From the NCBI GenBank assembly GCA_013695355.1, contig JACDAQ010000040.1, forward strand, positions 2,146 to 66,145: 64,000 bases of DNA, read 5' to 3'. This document shows, in pieces, positions 1-7,650 of the stretch. How positions within the stretch are numbered: the stretch's first letter is position 1; each line of letters starts with the position of its first letter. The DNA comes from Candidatus Protochlamydia sp. (GTDB lineage Bacteria; Chlamydiota; Chlamydiia; Chlamydiales; Parachlamydiaceae). The notes under the pieces are model-generated. The model saw only the letters and a list, made by a program, of their open reading frames with translations, did no database searches and was not told the DNA's origin. The position numbers and the translations under genes were made by a program.

Positions 1-464
1 AAATCCGCATCCCCCTTTATTTTAGCCCTGTTCCCCTCACTGGCCAGACATTTGGCGTTCTCTTTATTGGAGTGACTATGGGCAGCCGCAAAGGGCTGCT
101 AAGCGTGCTAACTTATCTTCTTGAAGGGAGCCTTGGCCTGCCTGTTTTTGCTGGAGGCAGCTTAGGTATAATGAGCTTACTTGGGACTAATGGGGGTTAT
201 CTTATTGGATTTATTTTTCAGGTCTTTCTTGTAGGCTCGTTCGTTGAGCGACAAACCGACTTTCATGCGGTAAAAACAATCACAACCTTGCTGTTTGCAT
301 GTGCTCTTCAATTAGGGCTTGGAGTTGTGTGGCTTTCAGCTTTCGTAGGTTTTGAGACGGCATTGATGATGGGGCTATACCCCTTCTTATGTGGAGAATT
401 GGTTAAATCAATGGGTGTGGCTGCCTATATAAAAAAGCGATATGAAAAAAATTCTCATTTATAG
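1..464 (+). CDS. bioY: BioY-family biotin transporter S-component (5' end runs off the window)
   Basis: The frame of the 72..464 ORF stays open back to base 3 (IRIPLYFSPVPLTGQTFGVLFIGVTMG...). This gives a BioY-like VPxTxQT motif followed by glycine-rich hydrophobic helices (GGYLIGFIF). The GTG at 72 is therefore probably internal. Confidence 0.8.
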   Translation, partial: IRIPLYFSPVPLTGQTFGVLFIGVTMGSRKGLLSVLTYLLEGSLGLPVFAGGSLGIMSLLGTNGGYLIGFIFQVFLVGSFVERQTDFHAVKTITTLLFACALQLGLGVVWLSAFVGFETALMMGLYPFLCGELVKSMGVAAYIKKRYEKNSHL

Positions 465-1197
465 AGATGAGGGGGCCGATCCATTCGGCATCGGCTCCCT
501 TGTTTCAGCGCTTAGACAAGAAAAGGTTGATCAAACCTATCTCTTGTCTTGGGCCGATAAATCGCTCTTTCAGCAAACCGCATGGCATAAAGACACTCAT
601 TTGATCATTTTCCCAGGCGGACGTGATATCCCTTACCATCAAGCTTTAAAAGGCCATGGAAACCGCAATCTGGTTGAATTTGTGCAAGGAGGCGGATATT
701 ACCTGGGTATTTGCGCCGGTGGCTATTATGGGTGCGCTGCTATTGAATTCGAAAAAGATGGACCGCTCGAAGTTCTTGCCACCAGAGAATTAAAATTTTT
801 TCCTGGAATAGCCCGTGGTCCAGCCTACGGTCCCGGAAAATTTTGCTATCAAAGCGGACAAGGTTCGCAAATTGCTCTGTTGGAAATTCATAACTCCCCT
901 ATCCCAAGCGCTTCTTATTTCAATGGTGGGTGTATTTTTGATAAAGCAGAAAATTATGCCGGCATTTCTGTGATGGCCCGCTATGCCGATATAGAAGGGC
1001 AACCAGCAGCCATTGTAAAATGCAGCGTAGGGGCGGGGCAGGCGATCTTATGTGGAGTCCATCCTGAATACAGCGCTTTCAATCTCTTTTTGAAAAAACA
1101 TCTTACTATTTTATTGCTAAAAAAATTAAAAGAAATTGAAAAAGAACGGCGCAATCTTTTTATAAATATTTTGAATGAGTTAGGTATCCGCTCTTAG
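442..1197 (+). CDS. Stand-alone BPL_N-like / class I glutamine-amidotransferase-fold protein
   Basis: Overlaps bioY by 23 nt. Has a nucleophile-elbow motif GICAGG (Cys91) and GVHPE (His207-Glu209), typical of the class I GATase fold and of the N-terminal domain of eukaryote-type biotin-protein ligases. No ligase catalytic domain follows. Confidence 0.6.
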   Translation: MKKILIYRDEGADPFGIGSLVSALRQEKVDQTYLLSWADKSLFQQTAWHKDTHLIIFPGGRDIPYHQALKGHGNRNLVEFVQGGGYYLGICAGGYYGCAAIEFEKDGPLEVLATRELKFFPGIARGPAYGPGKFCYQSGQGSQIALLEIHNSPIPSASYFNGGCIFDKAENYAGISVMARYADIEGQPAAIVKCSVGAGQAILCGVHPEYSAFNLFLKKHLTILLLKKLKEIEKERRNLFINILNELGIRS

Positions 1198-1326
1198 TGG
1201 GATAGGCGGGTAAAATGCCTAAAAAATAAATTCAAAAAAAATTTATGCCTCATTTTTGCACATCATTTTTGAGAAATCTTGCAAAAGGCCACGGCTTTAA
1301 AAGGTTGTCATTCCTCTCCTTCTAAA

Positions 1327-1500
1327 TTAACAACTCACCTTACGCAAAGGAGCAGATGAAGAAGCAAATCTTTTGAATCTCCATTAAGTTCAAAAATGCT
1401 CGCAATATTAGTAAAATATTGCTGTGCTTTTTGAATTAATTGATTTTTCAAAATCTCTTTCTTCTTCATTTTGCTCTTTTTGCGTAAGGTGAGTTAACAA
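1327..1500. repeat. Long imperfect palindrome (~170 bp hairpin-forming element)
   Basis: AACTCACCTTACGCAAA (1332..1348) pairs perfectly with TTTGCGTAAGGTGAGTT (1479..1495). The inner arms share ATGAAGAAG, TTTTGAA, ATTAAnTTCAAAAA and GCAATATT blocks around a centre near 1413. Confidence 0.7.
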
Positions 1501-1578
1501 TAGAAGTTAGAATCAAAACATAAATTTGCAAAAATATCACGAAATAATATAGACTAAGATTAGTCCAATGGAGGATTT

Positions 1579-1809
1579 ATGAAAATTGTTAATATCCATG
1601 AAGCCAAAACTCATTTTTCTAAATTAGTCGATGCGGTAATTCATGGCCATGAGATAATCATAGCTATGGCTGGTAAACCGGTAGCAAAATTAGGTCCAAT
1701 TAACTCAAAGCCAGAACGAAAATTCGGTGTAATGAAAGGAAAAGTTAAAATTGCTAAAGATTTTGATGCGCCACTACCCGAAGATATAATTTCTGAATTT
1801 GAGGAATAA
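1579..1809 (+). CDS. Type II antitoxin, Phd/YefM-like (VapB role)
   Basis: 76 aa. The N-terminus MKIVNIHEAKTHFSKLVD is typical of Phd/YefM-type antitoxins. Its stop is 1 nt before the PIN toxin start (TAAcATG), and a GGAGG RBS lies upstream. Confidence 0.75.
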   Translation: MKIVNIHEAKTHFSKLVDAVIHGHEIIIAMAGKPVAKLGPINSKPERKFGVMKGKVKIAKDFDAPLPEDIISEFEE

Positions 1810-1810
1810 C

Positions 1811-2191
1811 ATGCGTCTTTTACTTGATACACACGTTTTTCTTTGGTGCATAAAAGATAATCGAAGGCTTAACAAATCGGCACGATCAAAAATATTAGAT
1901 GCTTCTGTAGTCTATGTCAGTAGTGCCTCAATCTGGGAAGCAAGCATAAAGATAAAAATTAAAAAATTAGATGCAAATATCGATCAGATGATTGACGCCA
2001 TCGCAGAAAGTGGATTTTTAGAATTACCAATTACAGCCCGTCATGCTGCTGCAGTTAATCAGCTAGCCGATATCCATCGTGATCCCTTTGATCGCATCCT
2101 TATTTCACAAGCAATTTTTGAACCACTCACACTTCTAACTGCTGATGCCATACTAAAAAAATATTCATCCCTTGTCGAATTAGTGAATTAA
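1811..2191 (+). CDS. vapC: PIN-domain toxin, VapC family
   Basis: MRLLLDTHVFLW... carries the first acidic PIN residue (LLDT). ...DPFDRILISQA near the C-terminus is typical of this PIN subgroup. The ATG at 1811 is preferred over the TTG at 1799 given in the ORF track. Confidence 0.8.
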   Translation: MRLLLDTHVFLWCIKDNRRLNKSARSKILDASVVYVSSASIWEASIKIKIKKLDANIDQMIDAIAESGFLELPITARHAAAVNQLADIHRDPFDRILISQAIFEPLTLLTADAILKKYSSLVELVN

Positions 2192-2212
2192 CTAATTATT
2201 TTTATTAATATC

Positions 2213-2866
2213 TTAGAATCTGATCACAGCATTCATATTATAACCCATATGCATCCCAATAGGTACATCCATTGACCCTGCAAGCTCTTTTGCCATGCCC
2301 AGAAAAATCCCAAGGATAGTTGTGTGCACGACTTGGGGTAGAACTCTCATGGGATCGTTCAAACAAAAAATAACATTCCAAGTGTGATATAAACCAAACA
2401 GTATTGAAGTAGAAATCACAGCTGTCACGCGCGCGGCTGTATTAGCAAAAGCCTCAGAGGTGCCTCTATTTAAATAAAAAACTTTGAATTTTTCCTTATA
2501 TTGTTCTTGACGGTCTCTTCTAAAATCGAATTCTTCAAACACAGGGCAAATAATACAGAAAATTGGAAACACAATAACCTTAAGTCCGATAGGAATAACA
2601 GGTGTGCCATAATTTATGTATAGGCCTGATGCCTTTAATATTTTATCAGTTAAACATTTGATTGGATATTCGATTCCGGCACCTATCCCCACTCCTAATC
2701 CACATTTAACTACATCCTTAATTTTTTCCTTACCTCTAGGAGAATTAACGAAAGCTTGAACTTTTTGGGTGGCTACAACAGTACTATCTTTGATAGAATG
2801 ACAAAATGAATTAAAATTAACAGTAACCCAATTATCTCTAAAATATATATTATTATTATTTATCAC
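2213..2866 (-). CDS. CPBP-family (CAAX/Abi-type) intramembrane glutamic endopeptidase
   Basis: The three CPBP motifs occur in order within a multi-TM protein: EEFDFR (EExxxR), FGLYH (FxxxH) and HMGYN (HxxxN). Confidence 0.65.
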   Translation of the reverse strand: MINNNNIYFRDNWVTVNFNSFCHSIKDSTVVATQKVQAFVNSPRGKEKIKDVVKCGLGVGIGAGIEYPIKCLTDKILKASGLYINYGTPVIPIGLKVIVFPIFCIICPVFEEFDFRRDRQEQYKEKFKVFYLNRGTSEAFANTAARVTAVISTSILFGLYHTWNVIFCLNDPMRVLPQVVHTTILGIFLGMAKELAGSMDVPIGMHMGYNMNAVIRF

Positions 2867-2948
2867 TCATTATTCCTTTTTGAGTAAAAAGATAAATATG
2901 AGGAAAATAAAAATCAAGGTATAAATTATTAATTATTAATGTTTAAAA

Positions 2949-3203
2949 CTACTTATTCTTTATTAGTTGTTCGGCAAGCTTCATTCCATGGGGTGTAATG
3001 GATATTTCGACCTGGCCATGTTTTTTAATAAAATTCGTTTTCATTAAAAGCACGCAGATTGTATCGACTGCAGTTTTATGCAATCCTGCTAATTGTCCGA
3101 TAGCATAGCGGTCTAATGGATCGTCAACATCTGCTTGCTTACGCGCTTCCTGGTAAAGACACACAAGAAAAAATTCATCTTTAGTACGGGCATGTTCTGT
3201 CAT
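2949..3203 (-). CDS. Small hypothetical protein (possibly winged-helix-like)
   Basis: 84-aa ORF immediately upstream of cysS on the same strand. I recognise no motif. Confidence 0.35.
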   Translation of the reverse strand: MTEHARTKDEFFLVCLYQEARKQADVDDPLDRYAIGQLAGLHKTAVDTICVLLMKTNFIKKHGQVEISITPHGMKLAEQLIKNK

Positions 3204-3213
3204 TTCTTTCCTT

Positions 3214-4686
3214 CTATTCTTTTTTTAATTTGGGCCCACTTGGGGTATCTTCGATTAAATAGCCTCTCTGATGAATGAAATCGCGCATTTCGTCTGCCAG
3301 CTTCCAATTTTTTGCGCTGCGCGCCTGCATTCTTTTGGCAAATGCATCCTGTAATTCCTCTGGAATCGTTTCTTCCCGCTTGTCAAAAGTGAGCACTCCA
3401 AGGACAGTATCAAACTTACGCATGAGCTCAATAACTTGTAACGCATCTTCTCGGCTGACTTTTTGGCTATCGCACAAGCTGTTAACCTCCCGGACAAGAT
3501 CAAAAACAGCGGCCAGAGCGGCGGAAATATTTAGGTCATCGCTAAGCGCTTCAGTAAAGCTCTGCAAAGCCTCCTGCTCCAATTCAGCGACAGACCCCAA
3601 AGCGCCAGGAGTTTGGACATCTAGTAGGCGTTGAATAAAGTCATTCAAACGGTTCAGCGTCGCTTTAGCTGCTTCCAGCCCCTGAAAACTAAAGTTAAGC
3701 TGCGTTTTATAATGAGTCTGCAATAAGAGATACCTGACCTGAGTACCTGAAAACCCTTGAGCGATCAGATCGCGCAGGGTATAAAAATTACCTGCGCTTT
3801 TAGACATCTTTTTATGGTCAACAACCAGGTGCTCTGCATGCATCCAAAGCTTGACAAATGATTTGCCTGTGCAGGCCTCCGATTGAGCAATTTCATTTTC
3901 ATGGTGGGGAAACATGTTGTCGACGCCCCCGACATGAATGTCGATGGTCTCACCCAGAAGCTTCATGGCCATTGCCGAACATTCCAGATGCCAGCCGGGA
4001 CGTCCGGGCCCAAAAGGACTTTCCCAATAAATTTGGCCGTCCCGTTCAGGTTCATAGCTTTTCCACAAAACAAAGTCGGCGGCATGCTCTTTTTCATATT
4101 CATCCGCCGCTACACGTTCAGAGGCGCCTGCTTGCAAGTCCTCCAAATGGAGATGGGATAGGCAGCCATAGCGGGGAAATCGATTGATCGCGAAATAAAT
4201 GCTTCCGTCCCCGCCCCTGTAAGCCACCTCTTTTTCGAGGAGGATGTGGATCATTTCGATCATTTCATCGATGTAATCTGTCGCGGCAGGATAGAATTCT
4301 GCCGGTTGAATGTTCAAAGCACTGAGGTCTTGGAAAAACGCGTCTTTATAGGGCTGAGTATAAGTATTTAGATCGACCCCTTTTGCAATGGCCCCTTTAA
4401 TCGTCTTATCGTCAACATCTGTCAAATTCATTACTTGTGTAATGCTAAAACCAAAAAATTGGATCGCCCGCCTTAATAAATCTTCAAACACATAGGTCCG
4501 AAAATTGCCTATATGAGCATAATTATAGACAGTGGGGCCGCAGGTGTACATTTGAATATGCCTTCCGACAATTGGGACTAAAAGCTCTTTTTGGCGGGAG
4601 GCGGTATTAAAAAGCTTTAACGGCGCCTGTTTTGAATGAGGGTCGAAATTCATAAACGGTATTGGTTGTAAAGGGGTTTTAGTCAT
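3214..4686 (-). CDS. cysS: Cysteinyl-tRNA synthetase
   Basis: Class I signatures HIGN (YAHIGNFRTY) and KMSKS, plus a WHLEC zinc/cysteine-site motif. ATGA start/stop overlap with aas. Confidence 0.95.
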   Translation of the reverse strand: MTKTPLQPIPFMNFDPHSKQAPLKLFNTASRQKELLVPIVGRHIQMYTCGPTVYNYAHIGNFRTYVFEDLLRRAIQFFGFSITQVMNLTDVDDKTIKGAIAKGVDLNTYTQPYKDAFFQDLSALNIQPAEFYPAATDYIDEMIEMIHILLEKEVAYRGGDGSIYFAINRFPRYGCLSHLHLEDLQAGASERVAADEYEKEHAADFVLWKSYEPERDGQIYWESPFGPGRPGWHLECSAMAMKLLGETIDIHVGGVDNMFPHHENEIAQSEACTGKSFVKLWMHAEHLVVDHKKMSKSAGNFYTLRDLIAQGFSGTQVRYLLLQTHYKTQLNFSFQGLEAAKATLNRLNDFIQRLLDVQTPGALGSVAELEQEALQSFTEALSDDLNISAALAAVFDLVREVNSLCDSQKVSREDALQVIELMRKFDTVLGVLTFDKREETIPEELQDAFAKRMQARSAKNWKLADEMRDFIHQRGYLIEDTPSGPKLKKE

Positions 4687-7430
4687 AAAAGAGCCTTTTC
4701 TTTCGCATTCGATAAAATTGTATCTATTTGTGATTCCAGGTTACGATAATTGATCTTCCCTGTTCCCATCAATGGAATTTCAGGTATTTGTGTCACTTTG
4801 TAGACTTTTACCAAATTGCTAAATCCTGCATCCCTTAAAGCGCGATTGATTTCTTCAAGCGTGATACTAAAACGGGTAAATACGAAGATCTTAGTTTTTT
4901 CGCCTGCTTCTTCTTTTGCACACACGGCCAAGGCCGGGCCCTCTTCTTGGGATAACTGAGCATGAATAGCACTATTTTCGTGCAAAGCCTGCTCAAGGGC
5001 AGCCAGGCTGATCATCTCACCACCAATTTTGACAAAACGTTTCAGCCTTCCCGAGATGATTAAATTGCCTTTTGGGTCAAGATAGCCTAGATCTCCGGTC
5101 GAATACCAGGATTGATCTTTTAGCGTAATGAAGGGTGAAGAAATCCCTTTATTCAGGTAGCCTTTAAATATATTAGGCCCCCGAGCAAGGATTAGGCCCG
5201 CCTCTCCTTGCGGAAGAGGCTCATGCGTATCAAGATGAACGATTAGAAGGGCGACCTGAGGCATAGGCTTCCCTACCCCATCCATAGGATTTCCGGAGCA
5301 ATTGGCTGTTAGGATAGGAGCACATTCTGTTATGCCATAACCTTCGACCAAATGGCATTTTTCTAGCGCATTGACCATTTTGAATAATTCAGGTGGGGCT
5401 TTTTCAGCCCCCGACACGCAAATTCGGAGAGAATTTAGCTGTCCTGGGCGGGCGTTCTTAAAAACACCTTTGAGGAAGGAGGGTGCGCCACAAACAATCG
5501 TTGCCTTCCACCGCTCAATTTCCCTTGCAATTCCTTTTCCATCGGTCGGATCAGCATAATAAGCCACGCGTAAACCAGCTAGCAAAGGCAAAAGGCCGCT
5601 TGCATTAAACCCGTATGAGTGAAAGGGGGGAAGAATTCCAAGCAAAATATCATCTTGAAAAATCTCCACTGCATTCACAGCATCTTGCTGATTGCTTAAG
5701 ATATTGCCATGTGTCAGAGGAACGCCTTTTGGCATACTCTCAGTACCGCTCGTAAAAAGGATGACGGCAGTATCATTCCTGCTTCGTCCCTGCATATTAA
5801 AATGTTCCAGAATAGATGAAGTGCTTCGTTTTGATCGGATGAAGGCCATGAGCTTATCTTTTAAAGTAAAGCCACGGCTTGCATCTTCCAAGGTTATTAT
5901 TAAATCATCAATGCCGGTCAGATCTGCATTATCCAAACGATCTAAAAAAGCCCACGAAGATAAAACGGTTTTAATGTGCGAGAGGGAGCGGACTGATTCA
6001 AGATGGCGGGGCCCGACAGTCCAATTGACCATGACAGGAATTTTCCCGGCCAGTTGGCAGGCTATAATGGTAAGATAGGCAGCCACGCTTGAAGGAAGTA
6101 AAATGCCAATGCTGTCGCCCGGCAGATGGCGGATATATTCCGCAAGTAGAAGCACCCTTAATTTGATCTGAGAATAGGTCAGCACTCCCGCACGCATATC
6201 CCCACAGGCCACAGCTGTTTTATGCCTTTGGCAGTTATTTAGAAAAACTTCAGGAATGGTCTCTCCTTTTGGGAAAATTGCACGGACATGAGGATAAGCG
6301 GCGCTCAACCACTTGCTTAAATCGGCATGCTCTTCTTCAACCCGCTCTCCAAAAGCAACCTGCTTAGCAGCGAGGGCCATGACCCTTTCAACAGTTGTTA
6401 ATTCGCTGACAGGCACTCCTGCCACATCAAAATCCTCATCTAGAAAGGCCATCAGTTCGGCATGATCCAGGGAATCAAGACCTAGTTCTGAGCCCAAATC
6501 CATCCCTCCTTTTATTTGATCAGAAGGCATTTGGGTCATTTCAGACAATTTATGCAGAACTTTTGACTGCACTTCCTGTGGTATTTTCTTTAATTCAATT
6601 TCCTTTTGCACTTCATTTTTGGATTTGATCAGGGGCAGCTCTTTCCGCCACATGCTATAAGAAACCAAATAAAGACTTTCTCCAGGCTCGGCCCCCTCTT
6701 GAGATGTAAGCCCGTCGGGACGATTATACCAATGCTCCAAATATTGATTGAATTCTACCCGAGAGCCTGAATAAGGGAAATCTGAGGGGGCTGGGAAAAA
6801 TTCAATCGTGACATGGCGTCGCGGAGTAAAGAAAATTAAATTTTTAAAAGCCCGCTTGATGCCATCAAAAACGGTAGAATACAGCGGGGGTGATTGACCG
6901 GTGATAGCTCTTGAAAAGCTGCTTCCCCATAAACCTGTTGTCCGTACTAATACGATATTGGCTTCCGGGACAGCCTGAACAATGCGATGAACGCCTGATG
7001 CGACAATAACCTCGCGTGCCTGATGCTTGACTTTCCCTGCAGGGTAAATCAAAAAATTTTCTTTATTTTTTAACCCTGAAATGACCGCTTCCATGGCTTC
7101 ATCAACTTTCTTTTTCTTCAAGCTATTACTTGAACTAACAAAATTTGGGACAGGGAGAGCGTTCATGAATTTCATAAACGAATGAACTATTGGAGTATAG
7201 TACATGTATTCTACGATCATCGGCCGTATAGGGTATTTTTTCCAAATGGCAAGGGTCACTAAAGTTGGATCAACGAAAACCGTCGGGTGATTCGGTAAAA
7301 AAAGAATTCCTCCAGGTTTGCTCAAAGTATCAGCATTAAGGTTTTCTACCCCTTTTATCGTCACTCTATAGCGGAACCAGAGGGTAAAGCGCATGGTGTA
7401 AAGCAGAATTAAAGCTATAAAATATCTCAC
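4683..7430 (-). CDS. aas: Aas-like fusion: lysophospholipid acyltransferase + carrier-protein-like segment + acyl-ACP/AMP-dependent synthetase
   Basis: N-terminal PlsC-type region (LPNHPTVFVDP, PAGKV). Central LGLDSLDHAEL phosphopantetheine-type motif. C-terminal adenylate-forming motifs (LFTSGTESMPKGV, TGDLG). Confidence 0.85.
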   Translation of the reverse strand: MRYFIALILLYTMRFTLWFRYRVTIKGVENLNADTLSKPGGILFLPNHPTVFVDPTLVTLAIWKKYPIRPMIVEYMYYTPIVHSFMKFMNALPVPNFVSSSNSLKKKKVDEAMEAVISGLKNKENFLIYPAGKVKHQAREVIVASGVHRIVQAVPEANIVLVRTTGLWGSSFSRAITGQSPPLYSTVFDGIKRAFKNLIFFTPRRHVTIEFFPAPSDFPYSGSRVEFNQYLEHWYNRPDGLTSQEGAEPGESLYLVSYSMWRKELPLIKSKNEVQKEIELKKIPQEVQSKVLHKLSEMTQMPSDQIKGGMDLGSELGLDSLDHAELMAFLDEDFDVAGVPVSELTTVERVMALAAKQVAFGERVEEEHADLSKWLSAAYPHVRAIFPKGETIPEVFLNNCQRHKTAVACGDMRAGVLTYSQIKLRVLLLAEYIRHLPGDSIGILLPSSVAAYLTIIACQLAGKIPVMVNWTVGPRHLESVRSLSHIKTVLSSWAFLDRLDNADLTGIDDLIITLEDASRGFTLKDKLMAFIRSKRSTSSILEHFNMQGRSRNDTAVILFTSGTESMPKGVPLTHGNILSNQQDAVNAVEIFQDDILLGILPPFHSYGFNASGLLPLLAGLRVAYYADPTDGKGIAREIERWKATIVCGAPSFLKGVFKNARPGQLNSLRICVSGAEKAPPELFKMVNALEKCHLVEGYGITECAPILTANCSGNPMDGVGKPMPQVALLIVHLDTHEPLPQGEAGLILARGPNIFKGYLNKGISSPFITLKDQSWYSTGDLGYLDPKGNLIISGRLKRFVKIGGEMISLAALEQALHENSAIHAQLSQEEGPALAVCAKEEAGEKTKIFVFTRFSITLEEINRALRDAGFSNLVKVYKVTQIPEIPLMGTGKINYRNLESQIDTILSNAKEKALL

Positions 7431-7650
7431 CCTTCTCTCCTTTGAAAAAAATAAGGTCTATTGTCCTCAATAAAGGTAATTATTTACAACCATTGAAAAA
7501 TTTATTGCCTACTTGAAATTTCTTCAGTGGGCTCGGTATGTATTTTTGAATAAATTAAATAGTAATTATAATTTTTTTATTAAATAAATTAAATTATAAT
7601 TATAATATAAAGTATAAAGTCATTCAATTATATTAAAAATAGGTATTTAT

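Noticed and set aside
1334..1469. 44-aa minus-strand ORF (MKKKEILKNQLIQKAQQYF...) inside the 1327..1500 palindrome
   Set aside because: The mirrored arm on the plus strand carries the same ATGAAGAAG but stops after 6 codons. The ORF is most likely a by-product of the palindrome.
3255..4187. Several 60-120-aa ORFs on both strands inside cysS (3255..3503, 3275..3634, 3765..3953, 3858..4187, 3883..4161)
   Set aside because: They lie entirely within a confidently identified gene, have low-complexity Ser/Arg/Pro-rich translations and carry no start signals. They are shadow ORFs.
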